A stretch of DNA of 62,564 nucleotides, the filler included, from Dirinaria sp. TL-2023a (Eukaryota), in assembly GCA_051941275.1 (NCBI GenBank). It is 4 parts of 4 records of this genome, joined end to end, with 100 filler letters (N's around TTAATTAATTAA, not from the genome) between each part and the next. Parts side by side here need not be neighbours in the genome. Positions count along the whole stretch, not along the records: positions 31,363 to 46,915 come from JAVEBF010000539.1; positions 47,016 to 62,564 come from JAVEBF010000540.1; 2 more parts are not named here. One strand, written 5' to 3'. The position numbers and the translations under genes were made by a program. Under the pieces are notes generated by a model. The model ran no database searches. It worked only from the letters and a program-made list of their open reading frames with translations, and was not told the DNA's origin. Below, one piece after another: positions 38,083 through 49,791 of this stretch (position 1 is the first letter of the stretch; each line of letters opens with the position of its first letter).

Positions 38083-38627
38083 GGCTACCACTACCGCCAC
38101 ACCACTCTACTTTGCTGACGCACCACCTTCACTTTTGCTGCCCACGCTGCCCTCCCCACTTATTGTTTTCCATCTATCAATGCCTCTCTCATATTTTTTT
38201 TTTTAACATCTTCAATCTGCTTTAACGATTTGCCTATTTGACGAGGGCACGTTCGTGGTGAAATCTATCAATATCTCTCTCTCCAAAAATTTTTCTGATA
38301 TCTTCAATCTACTTTAACGATTTGCCTATTTGACGATGGCACGTTCGTGGTGAAATCTATCAATATCTCTCTCAAAAAACTTTTCTAATATCTCCAATCT
38401 GCTTTAACGATTTGTCTATTTGACGATGGCACGGTCGTGGTGAACCAGTTCATCGTCATCTCGTGAAATCGTCGTTGCTTGAAACTCGCACTCTGTCAAT
38501 GCAGAAAAGTGAATATACTTCATTTCGAAGCATCAAAGAGATCGAATACTCTAGCACGTGAAAATGAGTATTTAGGGTGGATGGTGGCATGCCAGTAGAG
38601 TAGGGTGGTGTGGCGGCAGTGAAAGCC
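38083..38627 (+). mobile_element. Complete 545-bp MITE copy B with TIRs and 8-bp TSD TTTAAATA
   Basis: TSD at 38075-38082 and 38628-38635. Termini GGCTACCACTACCGCCACACCAC / GTGGTGTGGCGGCAGTGAAAGCC. No transposase ORF. Confidence 0.9.
38172..38444 (+). repeat. Three tandem ~91-bp units inside MITE B
   Basis: Units start ATCTATCAA at 38172, 38263 and 38355. Each contains TTTAACGATTTG(C/T)CTATTTGACGA(G/T)GGCACG(T/G)TCGTGGTGAA. Confidence 0.92.
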
Positions 38628-38759
38628 TTTAAATATTATTTAGAGGCTAACAAATGATGAGAGTCAATAATAATGTCAAATAATGTGGGTAAACCCTATG
38701 GATCATGAGGATGCTAAACTACATGGTGGGTCTGGGTCGAGTGCGGTAGAAATACCCAG

Positions 38760-39290
38760 TGTGTGCTCTTTCTTATGTTGATCTTGATACTGTGTTGCCT
38801 CGCTATCTATCTTCTCGTCATGTTCATTCGAATCCGAGTCCATTTAGTTATATTCTGTCTCGTTATACTCATATCGATCCTGCGCTGCCTCGCTATACTT
38901 TTCCTCGTTATGTCTTGCGCGCTTGCTCGATGGGGGATTTTTTCCGTGAGTGTATACTGGAGGTAAGCCGCCTCTCTTGCGTCGCTTCGTACTCAAGGCC
39001 GTTGCTTGGCCTCTTTTCGCCCAATTGCTTCTCGCTTGAGACTGCTCGAGTCGATCGAATTGCTGATCGTGCTTGCCCGGATGTGTCTGAATTCTTCCAT
39101 ATGCGATCAATTATGCGTTGGTGAAGAGTTGTAGCATTGGAGACATTTCGATGATTGTTGCTGGTGCAGGAGATGGTTGACAAGTGAGACGTCGATCCGC
39201 TCAGCCAAGCGTTGTCAAGTTAAGATTCCTTGATGATCTTAACTTTTATTTTGAAATGTCCTCGTTCTTCTCGTCGTAGAGCGATGTGAC
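38760..39290 (-). pseudogene. Possible decayed gene remnant (basic then acidic low-complexity frame)
   Basis: ORF 38844-39110 continues in frame through TAA stops on both sides (..FTNA*LIAY..ETEYN*MDSDSNEHDEKIDSE). Confidence 0.3.
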
Positions 39291-39723
39291 TAGCCTCGCG
39301 TTTTCAACACGAGTAGTACGCTCAATTCGATAAACATACTTATGGATCTTTCCGTAATCACCGCTGAGGAACCCCTAGTTGATGGCACGTATGACGTTCT
39401 TCACGTAAAGACTCGGAGGACAGACATCAGTGACAACAAGGATAGATGCTCTTTCGAATTTGAAGGCACGTCTGCAGTCTCATTAAAAATTTGTGTCACA
39501 CTTGTTTGTAGTTCATACTTTACAAAAAGGAAAACAACTTACAAGTGCATCCTCCCCGACTCACGTTGAGTACGATCCGAAATGGGATTGAGGTGACTTG
39601 AAAAAAATCCCTTTTTTTTAAAAAGGAAAAAAAAAGTTTCGTTCAAGAAACTCCGATCGCCTTCTTCTCATTAATTCCCATAAGACCCAGGGGATTACGA
39701 GAAAAAGACATGAAATAAAATAG

Positions 39724-39755
<32 letters not shown>

Positions 39756-41012
39756 TCCGAAAAAAAAAATCGAAAAAAGGGGGTTTACGCTTTCTTACAT
39801 AGACTCCTTCTCAAAACCTCAATCAAAAAGAACAAATCTATCTCGATATATGTGAGTCGCACGCAGCTTTGCCAGAGATAAAAGGAAATTAATGAACCCG
39901 ACCATACGATTCTGTGGCCACGTCTTCAGATAGATTGGTACTACCACCACCAATCACCACGAACGTGGCATTATACGAAGATGATTCGGTTCTTCTGTCG
40001 CCGATCTATGCGAACCACATCACCGATTACCTTACTGCCGCAGTCGATAAGAAGAGTGGCTGACAAGCTCAGCTATATATACATAGACTCTCTGATTATT
40101 CTTATTCGATTGATATTGGGGGAAAAAAAAAACCCCCCGGTTATCTCATCTGAACCCCATTCCCATTAACCCACTTCCTTTCTTCATCCTTCCTTCCTTC
40201 ATTCCTTCCTAAAAACAAAACCAATTTTCCATCCACTTTTAAAAACAACTACGCTTGTCTTAAATTCCAAATCAAGAATTCTTTGATATATATACATCCA
40301 TCATACTCGTACCACCAGCACTGCGCGTTTCTCTACCAAACCAAGAACCAGAACAGACTCGACCTCCTAGTTTCTTCATCTTCTTCCACATGAATGATAG
40401 ATAGACGGAACTAAGTAAAATGTGTATCTGTGTGTTGCTGCTGCTGGGCAGTATAATAAATAACAAATAAATAAATCATAAATCATAAACGTCGGGAAGA
40501 GCTATAGCTGTTGGACTAATCTATATACTTTATGCAATTTGAGCGATTCTGTGAATCTGGATAAGTAAGGTGCTCTCTGCCTTTAATGATAGTGATAGAT
40601 ACTATCTATGCCGACGGATGATAATCTTACGATTATTGTTGGTTTTCATTTTTTTGGCTTTTTTTGTGAAGAAGGAGGAGAAGAATCCAACTACATACAT
40701 GGTTTTTTCCGAATCAAAAGCAAGATCTTCGCATTTCGATTAAAAAAATCAAAATTAAAATTTTCTTTGTTTCTTTTTGGAAATGTTTTACTAATATCTA
40801 TAAGTATAGAAAGCTACTTCGCTAGCAAGCAATCGGTTCTCGACCACCTCCTAAGGTAAAATGCTGCATATGCTTGCCCGACGCGGTTTGACCGTGTTTT
40901 TTTTTTTTTACAATGCACATGGCGACAAGTATACAGAGCACCTCCAGCAGTATGGATGGACAGCAACAACTCAGTAGATACCCCTTGGCCCTTGATACTG
41001 ACAATATGGTCC

Positions 41013-42104
41013 TTATGGCGAGTATAGGCTCTTAGACGGATTGTCACCTAGCAACTTTACCGTGGCTTGATCCTTCCAGGCTCTCCATTGTTCGTCTGTG
41101 GTCTTTTTCTCGAATAAGTGATTGGACTTTGGAGCTGCAATGTTGATCCCAGTGCCGTACCTCGCGTAGCTGTTGGTCAATTGGGCAATGACACTTTCGG
41201 CAATTCTCGCTTGACCTTTCTCCCATGGCAACATAACGACGGAACCATCAAGGATGTATTTGTCGGGGTACAAAGTAGCGAGAGCGCTGAACATGATCTT
41301 CATTGTATAACAGCTGGCACCGCCTGTTCGATGTTCATCTAGTCGTCTGGGAAAGTTGCAAGTACAGCCGATGTAAGTTAACGGAAACGAAATTGAGCGA
41401 TCGACGACGGTTGGATTCAGAGTGTTCAAATGCTCTGATAGTCGCTCGCAGAATGCCGTAATCACGTCTACTCGTGACTGTAGAGCTTGCGGCCATTGAT
41501 CTTTTGTCGGACGATCGGGATTCAAGTGAGCCCGAATATATCTGATTTTCAGATCTTTTGGGAACCATGGAATTGAGAAGCCTGGCAAGGCCGTGTCCAT
41601 GCTCATGATCTGCTGTCGTTGCTCGCGACTCAAGTCCTCGAATCCGTGGTTTTTGCAATATAGAGTCATCAAGGTTAATGCTTGCCGAACATCTCTTGCA
41701 CACGGTGCTTTACCAGCTTTGTCAACGAGGGCGATAGTGTAAATTGTCGGTCGAGTGCCAGAGACATTGTATACGTCTGCCAAATCCTTGATCAAGATTG
41801 CGTTGTTGATCTTGTCACTCTGCAAGGTTCCTGCGATAAGTGATTTGAGAATCTTCTTGAATATCGACATAAAGATGATCACCGTCTTTCGCATGGCTTC
41901 CATGGACTCATAATTGTCCAGGGCCGGGCCGAGTGTGCCGAATCTTTGCCCACGGCTCAACACAGCTAGGGCCAATAGAACAAGGTTTCCCTGGGCAGCC
42001 TCAATGTATTCCTGACCGGAGAAGACGGATGACTCATGGGCCGTTGTTTCCTCTGGTGAAGACGTGGATCCGATGGCTGGATTACCCCATTTCTTGAAAC
42101 CCAA
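41013..42104 (-). CDS. GIY-YIG nuclease-like protein with a large insertion between the two motifs (5' part apparently decayed)
   Basis: PTIY (aa 119-122), then YIGCTCNFPRRLDEHRTG (Y244, R254, H258), AE (E303) and GIN (N321). The ORF has no ATG at its 5' end. Confidence 0.6.
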   Translation of the reverse strand: MGFKKWGNPAIGSTSSPEETTAHESSVFSGQEYIEAAQGNLVLLALAVLSRGQRFGTLGPALDNYESMEAMRKTVIIFMSIFKKILKSLIAGTLQSDKINNAILIKDLADVYNVSGTRPTIYTIALVDKAGKAPCARDVRQALTLMTLYCKNHGFEDLSREQRQQIMSMDTALPGFSIPWFPKDLKIRYIRAHLNPDRPTKDQWPQALQSRVDVITAFCERLSEHLNTLNPTVVDRSISFPLTYIGCTCNFPRRLDEHRTGGASCYTMKIMFSALATLYPDKYILDGSVVMLPWEKGQARIAESVIAQLTNSYARYGTGINIAAPKSNHLFEKKTTDEQWRAWKDQATVKLLGDNPSKSLYSP

Positions 42105-42120
42105 GCAGTATCACCGGATT

Positions 42121-42935
42121 CTATGAGTGCCCATTCGGGTCGGCTTTTGTAATGAGTTCTCTAATTGAAGTCTGAGGACGCCCAGATGATACCAGGATAT
42201 GCCGGTTGCTGTCCGGAAGTGCCTTTTTCCGATTGCATCGACCACGAAAACAGATTGTATAGGGCTGGATCGTGGCGTCCTCATCGCTTGCATCCTCTGC
42301 CGATGCTTCTTCTGTCATACGCCGTTTCCGGTGTTCCATCTGGAACTCTGCAAGGGGCTCTAAAAATGTACGGATGTCGGAAGCATTTTTTGGTCGCGGT
42401 TTCGTCTGCTGCAGTTGGGCCCAATGATGCAAGTCCTTTCCTTTGTTCTGTACCTTTGTACGTGCAACGCGTCTCGAAACTCTGGGTCTATGATAGCCAC
42501 TCATGCCACGTTCTGATGTCGCGCGCTAGACTTAGATTTATTGTAAGTCGGTGCCACCTTTTTATGTAGACGATCTAGTCATCGGGGAGCTTTGACGGTA
42601 ACCTTCAGTGACAGAGCTCGTGGACACGCACTTGGGGCTGCTCTGCTGAGAGTACCGTTGCGCTGGCGGATCTGGGTGAGAAGGGATACTGGCCAAGAGT
42701 TCTTGCCATTCGTCACGAACTCTCTTTTCGATCGAGTCAGGAATCCGATCTCGAAAAGCAGCCCTCCCTTGTGGATTTGCATGTTGCCTGCCATGTAGAG
42801 TCCTGAGGGTGTATGATTTGAGAGTTGTCTACTGGCAGTGATGGCTGGCGGAAAGAACCAAGCGGTGCGCTGTCTGACATGACCCAGGATGACGAGCACT
42901 ATTTGGGGAGGTGCAATGTTCCACAACTCCCCTGG
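42121..42935 (-). pseudogene. Decayed upstream reading frame with multiple TAA/TAG stops
   Basis: One frame is open except TAG 42829-31, TAA 42562-64, TAA 42538-40, TAA 42532-34 and TAG 42526-28. It ends at TAG 42121-23. Confidence 0.45.
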
Positions 42936-43694
42936 AATGCTAAGTGTCAGGTTTGTAGGTGAATCGGAGGCACTTTGTATGTGTATTTGTGCGCAATTGC
43001 CTAAAACTAAAAACGAACTTTTGTGCGCAGTAAATACCCGAGCTCTCTACAGTCTAACCGCTTTCGTCAAACCATCCTTGGCATTCTGTTAGTAGTGGTG
43101 AGTTTTCTCAGTCTTACACACTTTGATAATGGCGAATGAGTCCATCTTCACTTCATAAAACCGTTATTTTGCGGAAATCCTGTTTCTTTCGCTATTTAGC
43201 GCTGGAGAGAAACGACTATCATAAGGTACATTATTGAATCTCGAGACAGCAACAGATCGAAAGGAATAATTTACTTGATAGATGAAATTCGAATTTTTGA
43301 CACTGGATGGCGGCAGTGGAACTCCTTTTTTTTTTAAAAAAAAAAAAAAGTTTACCTTATAGACTGCGCATATAAGATATCTTAGAGCAGCATATCTAGA
43401 GAAGGTAGATTAGATTTGCAATGTAGAGGAAAGATAACAGTCTAACATCAAGCACGTGCATATTCATGAAATTTGTATTATTATTCCTCCTCCGCTGAAT
43501 TTACTCTGGGGAACATTAAACCATCCCTATAATCTTTCAATCTTTCAATCTTCAATCTTCTTCGCCAACTCCATCTTCACCAAGCCTTACAATCAATAAA
43601 ACACCTTCACAAGAATTAAAGAACGTAACTCACCTGTCCTTCCCACCCCTTTTCTTTTCTCACCGAAAAAAATCAACTAGCCACACCCCCAAAT

Positions 43695-46600
43695 CTAATA
43701 AACCCTCGAATAGCCATTACTACCAGCCACCACCTCTCCCGGCCGACCCCTACTCGCGGCCGTGGCCACCGCCTCTTTGGCATTAACGCCCGCGTTCCAA
43801 AGCGTGCAGAAATACCTCGCTCTCCGATCCGGGCTTGGGCACGCCTCCCCATTGATCTCGCCTACATTGCGCTCGATATAGACATTGAAACCGCCGCAGG
43901 TGGGGTTATCATTGCAGTACGCGGCGCAGGTGATAGTATCGTAGCCGCCGAGGCCGAAGTAGCCGATGTAGCCGGTTTTGGACACCTTGTCGTGGAGGTT
44001 GGAGAAGGATTGCGAGTAGCCGGCTGGCACAGGTGCGGCAGAGGCGTCGGTGGTGAAGGGGCCGTAGGATTGGAATGCGGACGGGGTGTCGGATGCTTGG
44101 ATAAGTTAGTTACTTGGCTTTTTGAGAGAGGGGGGGAAGGGGGTGTGGTTTAAGGGAAGGGAGAGTGCAGAGAGTGCAGTTAGGGATTATTTTTGAGGAG
44201 GGAAGTTCGTCTATAGGCTGGGAGTAGATGGCGTAATAAATAAGGGCTTGGCTGGAGAAATGACTTACTGCATGGGTTCGTCGGTGTGGATGTTGAAACT
44301 GGAGCAGTGAAAGTGGAATTCAGAGTCGAATATGTGGTTGGTGCTGGAGCGACACCTGGGACGTTAGATGAATTAAGTCCGGGCATGACAGAGGATGAGA
44401 CATATGGATAAGTAGTCGAGCTTGACGTTAGGATGACCGAGGAGCTTGGTCCTGGTGTTGTTGATCCTGAGCTTGGTCCAGGCACAGAGGATGAGACATA
44501 TGGATAAGTAGACGAGCTTGACGTTAGGGGGATCGACGAACTTTGTCCTGAATTTGTTGATTCTGAGCTTGGCCCAGGCACAGCGGATGAGACGTATGGA
44601 TAAGTCGACGAGCTTGACGTTAGGGGGACCGACGAACTTGATGCTGGAATTGTTGATGCTGGAATTGTTGATCCTGAGCTTGGTCCAGGCACAGAGGATA
44701 GGGTCGCCGTCGACACACTCAAAGTAGGTATGCTCGAACTGATAGGAACTGAAGAGGTGCTGGGGCCTGGAATATCCGTAGAAGACGCTGTGGCCGGTGA
44801 GGTAGACGATTCTGGGGTATCTGTCGCGCTTTCTATAATCGATGGGGCGACGTAAGGGCTGCTGACTAGAACAACGCGGTCGTTATCCGCACTAGGTACA
44901 ACGTTGCCAATGGAGCTCTTCAGTACACAATCGTTGTTCGACGAAAAGTAGATGGCCTGCACGCATTTTGGGGACACATTGTTTTGATTCCAGTCAGAGC
45001 AAAGGTTTGTGCAATCTCTAGTGTCCGTAACTCTGCTGTTTGCAGTAGAATTTTGGAGGATGTCCGGGCTGTCATCAGTGGTGCCGCATTGGACATTGTA
45101 GGATTCGCCATCAGAGTTCGTCGCTGTCTGCCCGTTATTGGCCGGACAGACAAAGCCCGGAGTGGCGGACGTAGTGGAGCTCGTCTCTGTAATTGAAGAT
45201 GACACAGTAGAAGATAGAACGGATGTCGTTATCGCTGTAGAGGACGGTGTAGCTGCACCCGAGGACGATGAACTTGGCAATCCGCTCGTTACCGTAGCCG
45301 TTGTCGTTGATGTAAAGCTTGGGAACAGATCGCTAGTCGTAGACCCTCCATTTGAAGATGAGACAGGGGCCGAAGAAGAATTTGAAGGCGAGCTCGTTAC
45401 CGTAGACGTTGTCGTTGACGTAAAGCTTGAAAATAGATTGCTGGTTGTGGATGCTGTAGGCGAAGTCGTTGGGGGGACCGAAGAAGAATTTGAAGGCGAG
45501 CTTGTCACCGTAGACGTTGTCGTTGACGTAAAGCTTGGGAACACATCGCTAGTCGTCGAATTGCTCGTCACCGTAGACGTTGTCGTTGGCGTAAAGCTTG
45601 AGAGCGGATCGCTGGTTGTGGATGCTGTGGGTGAAGTCGTAGAGGGAATCGAAGAAGAATTTGGAGGCGAGCTCGTCACCGTAGACGTTGTCGTTGGCGT
45701 AAAGCTTGAGAGCAGATCGCTAGTCGTAGACCCTCCATTTGACGATGAGACAGGGGCCGAAGAAGTACTCGATGAATTGCTCGTCGAGATCGTGTTTGAA
45801 GAGCTTGAGGAGCTGCCTGAGGCTGTCGATGTAATGGTATAAGTGGAATTCGGGAAAAAGTCACCGCTTGTGGTTTGCGGGCTTGAAGAGGTGGAGGAGC
45901 TGCTTGAGACTGTCGATGTGATAGTATAAGTGGAATTCGGGAAATAGACACTGCTCGTGATTTGTACGGTTGATGTTGACACTGAGACTAAAGAAGTCGA
46001 TAAATTGCCGGTGACTGTAGACGTAAGGGTCGGAATGGAACTTGGGGTCACTTCACTGGTTATTGAAATCGTGGAATTCGGGAAAAGCACACTGCTCGTG
46101 GTTTGTGCGGTTGATGTTGACACTGGGACTGAAGAAGTCGATGAATTCGAATCCGCCGTAGTAGATGTGAATGTTGTGAGCGACGAGTCTGAGGAAATCA
46201 ATGAAGTAGAGCTATTGCTAAACACCGTGGAGGTCGTCGATGCATCAGAGCTCACTGTAGGCTGAGGGCTGTCGCTGGAGGAGGTTGAGGAAACCACCGA
46301 AGTAGAGCTATTGCTAAACACCGTGGAGGTTGTCGAGACATCAGAGCTCACGGTAGACTGAGGGCTGTCGCTGGAGGAGGTTGAGGAAACCAATGAAGTT
46401 GAGATCGGACTGGAGCTTGAGTCTGTGGAAGTCACTGAGGTAGTAGTGTTGCTAAATACCGTGGAGCTTGAGGTAGGGGCCGGACTAGCGCTTGAATCTG
46501 TGGCCACGGAAGTAGTGGTCGTGCTCAATACGGTGGAAGTTGACGTAGAGAGCAGACTAGATGAATCTATGGGAGTTGCTGAATCCGAGCTTGAACTTGT

Positions 46601-46915
46601 GGGCGTCTCGGAAGGTGCTGCACTAGAGCTATTGCTAGAAACCGTGATGATCGAGGTAGAGACCGGACTGGAGGAACTGGAGGAACTGGAGGAGCTCAAT
46701 ATAGTCGTCGTAGTTGAAGAGATAAGAGCGGAGTCAGAGCTGACTGAGCTGGACGCCGCCGAAGTTGTGGAGACAGCAACGTCGCTGGAGCTGGAGGAGC
46801 TCGAAACAGTCGTCGTAGTCGAAGAGACAAGAGCGGATCCAGAGCTGACTGAGCTGGACGCCGCCGCAGGTGTGGAGGCAACAGTCTTCGTCACGGTGGA
46901 GGTTGCCACAGCTGC
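43695..46915 (-). CDS. Mucin-like Ser/Thr-rich extracellular protein with PAN/Apple-like Cys domains (5' end missing at the contig end)
   Basis: >900 aa of S/T repeats. Cys domain CPANNG..YNVQCG..DCTNLC..CVQAIY..DCVLKSS. After an intron near 44100-44268, a C-terminal domain GY..F.NL..YDTITCAAYC..CGGFNVYIER..CTLW. Confidence 0.85.
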
Positions 46916-47015
46916 NNNNNNNNNNNNNNNNNNNNNNNNNNNNNNNNNNNNNNNNNNNNTTAATTAATTAANNNNNNNNNNNNNNNNNNNNNNNNNNNNN
47001 NNNNNNNNNNNNNNN
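46916..47015. other. Artificial contig-join spacer
   Basis: 44 N + TTAATTAATTAA + 44 N. Confidence 0.97.
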
Positions 47016-47651
47016 AAAAAAAAAAAAAACAAAAACTCAAGTAAAGCTGTTTTTTTTTTTCTTTCGGTTTTCAAATATCTCTACTCCCATTCAAAAAAAA
47101 AAAAAAAAAAGCATGCATTAATTAAAATCCTGGGTTAAATCGATCTCACTTTGGAGCATGGGTACCTTTACGTTTATGTACAGTCCATGAACTCGAAAAG
47201 AACCCGAAGGTCCCTTCGAAAGCGTTCAGGTTTTCATGTCCTTTCCATTCCATTCCCAAAAAAACTTCCCAAGTACTAGGCTAGGGTAAGGTACCTGACT
47301 CAATTGGATAGTGAGGTGAAGATGTGAAACTAACCCCCCCAAAACCCCCCAAAAAATGTTATGATGGCACGCGGTTCATGAATCAATTAATCAATCAATC
47401 GGCACACCAGGGTTTCTGCATGCTGAACATTTTACCAATTTCGCTCGAAAATTTTTCGTGGTGTGGAATTATGGTGTTATTAGTTTTAAGTAGCTTCTCT
47501 CGAGGTTTGAGAAGCGTACTTTCCAAGATTCTTCAATCTATCTTACATCGGTCTGCTGCTGGCTCGTAGGCGCGCCTTAGATTCTCGGATCCAACTGAGA
47601 AAAGTTCAAATAACCCGGAGGTAAAATCCTGTAGGAGCTGAAGCCTACGTT

Positions 47652-49791
47652 TCAGGTCGTTGGGGCCGCCGGCGTCATGACTGCAGCATCCTGATTCGAC
47701 GTAGGGTCCTCCGAGATTGGCGCCGCGCTCTCTGGCAATTGACGCCTGGGCATCTCTCGATGCGGGCTCTGAGGCCCCTTCTCCAAGACCTCGCTCTGCC
47801 TTCTTTGCAGCTCCGCGAGCCGCTCGGCCGGGTTCCAGTTGCTCTGTTCGGGCACGCCTTCCGCGGCGGGAAGGTCGCCTGCGGCGTCCCGCTCTTCGCC
47901 CCAGAATGATGGTCGGCGGACGGGCGCGGGAGTCACTGGCAGTGAGGGTCGTTCGATCTCCGTTGGGAAATCGGTGATTTTCATGCTAGGTCTTCGATCT
48001 AGCTGGGGTGCGTTCTCGGTTGTTGGCGACGCGATAGATTCGTTGCCTGTCGTTGTCGCATTTTCTTGCGACTTGTTGAAGAGCACCTGGATCTTGGCAC
48101 GGCGGTTTTGAGGAAGATTGGCAATGTAGCGATCGATTTCTGGCATGTCATCCCAGGCATTACCACGAGAGACATTGGTTAGCGGTTCCGCAGAGCTAAC
48201 ACTGATAGTAGGTGTTGATGGTGAGGTGGTTTCGGTCTGCACGTCATCGTCTGTAGTCGCGGATGGAGTGGTTTCTGAGAGCGCTGGAGGCGGATCGTCA
48301 GCGAAAACACGAGCAGGCTTAGGCTGATTGGTCTCCCAAGGGAAAATTGGTTTGGGGCGCGTGGCTGCGGGTAGCCTTTGAGGTACTTCGTAGTACAGGT
48401 TTTTAGGAGGCTCGGGATACTTCTGAGGCGGATTGAAAAGCTGCCGGTCTGCTGACATCTCGTAAGTTTGCTGAGGGAAGTTTGCGGCTTCAGGGCGTGA
48501 TTGGGCTGGTGGAGGGTTGCTACAGCTTCAGTCAGCCTTCGGGACTCAGCGAGTCGGGTTGGTACGCTTACTGTATGGGGTCCCAGTCTATAGAGTACCT
48601 TCTCTGCTGGGCGGTTGGGACTGGTGTAGCTTCACCTTTCTCCAACTCCTCAGCTATGTCTGCCTTGTCGCTCAACTGGGGCTCTGTATTGTCAGGGGGA
48701 GCTTCTGGCTGGGATATGTTCCCTAAGGAGAGCCCCATCAAGGATATATCATACATCGTGTTCGATGCTTCACCATTGACGTACTGCCTAACGTTGCTGA
48801 ACTCTTGCTCCCGCTGTCTTGAGCCGTAAGCCTGTCCTCAATTCTTAGCCGGTGTTTGCACTTTCAGAGCATGGATACACTTGCCGGATATCTGTAGTGT
48901 TTGTCATATACAGCCCACCATCTTCCCATAAGCTCCTCGTAGACGCCTGTTCCTTCTTTCGCGTCTCGACCCTTGATCCAGGGCTTGTTGTCTCCTATAT
49001 AGTGGACCATGTTGATGGTGCTTTGGAAATGTCTGTAGGCAGGTACATATTGGTAATTTCCGCTTGGGGTGCAATTGTTGGTGAAGCTCAACCGATGCCA
49101 ATCTCGAAAGTGCATGTTCAGAAGCCCCTGATCTGCCCCATCGAAGCTAATACCCCTTTCAGCCAGTGCCGACAGAGCATAGTAGTCACCCATGTTCGGA
49201 GTCAGAGCAAGGACGCCACTGTTGAAGCAATCAGGCCAGCCAATGTCCGGCACAGCGGCGAAACTGCTAGGTTCGTTGAAGAGCTCGTCTGGTGCTCGTA
49301 ATGCAACAACATCGGCATCGATGTAGACCAGTTTTGCATACTGCGTCTGCCGCCAAAGCGCTATCTTCGTGAATGTGGACACGAGGTCTGGGCGGTTCAT
49401 CAAATAGAGGTTGGCTGGTGATTTGTTCACTATTCGTTCCACCGGTATGATTCGGTCATAGACCTTCTACACCGCCCTTTTCAGGTCCATACAACTGCAA
49501 ATGATTGTAATACGTACTCTGAGCTCATCAATTGTCGAGGCTTTCAAGCTATCCAGCGTGACCAACGCGGCTAATTGTTTGTTTGTTCCATGATCTTTCA
49601 ATGAATGTCCCAGTACCATTGCGCCTAGACGCAATTTAGCACGGCTTCCACTATGCACCCGTTTGGAGGCCAACCTGGCAGATAGTCATCGCTCATGAGG
49701 AGCTTCATTATGCTTGGTTAGCGGTCTCTGAGGTTCAACCGGAGGGTGAAGGACGTACTGTGCAGTACGCTTCCTGCCTTTGCCCAGACAT
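47652..49791 (-). CDS. Glycogenin glucosyltransferase (GT8), multi-exon
   Basis: EAYCT^LLMSDDYLP^GAMVLGHSL, RPDL.STFTKIALW, YIDADV, PDIGWPDCFNSG, SFDGADQGLLN, HYIGDNKPW. Fungal C-terminal IFPWE and WNP motifs. Confidence 0.93.

Noticed and set aside
38172..38444. CRISPR-like repeated blocks
   Set aside because: The sequences between blocks are also homologous, so this is a plain tandem repeat inside a eukaryotic MITE; no cas genes.
39590..39785. Long A/T homopolymer tracts
   Set aside because: No associated TSD or retro-ORF; similar tracts occur throughout intergenic DNA.
39954..39967. 14-nt match (TCACCACGAACGTG) to the MITE internal unit
   Set aside because: Too short, does not extend convincingly, and compatible with chance.
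41013..43300. Penelope-like retroelement or group I intron homing endonuclease
   Set aside because: No reverse transcriptase ORF, terminal repeats, host gene or recognisable intron core.
31363..46915. Starship element
   Set aside because: No tyrosine-recombinase captain or boundary repeats are visible. It cannot be excluded beyond the contig ends.
45138..46967. Long Val/Glu/Gly-rich plus-strand ORFs (also 35305-35766)
   Set aside because: Antisense shadows of Ser/Thr/Pro-rich repetitive coding sequence.
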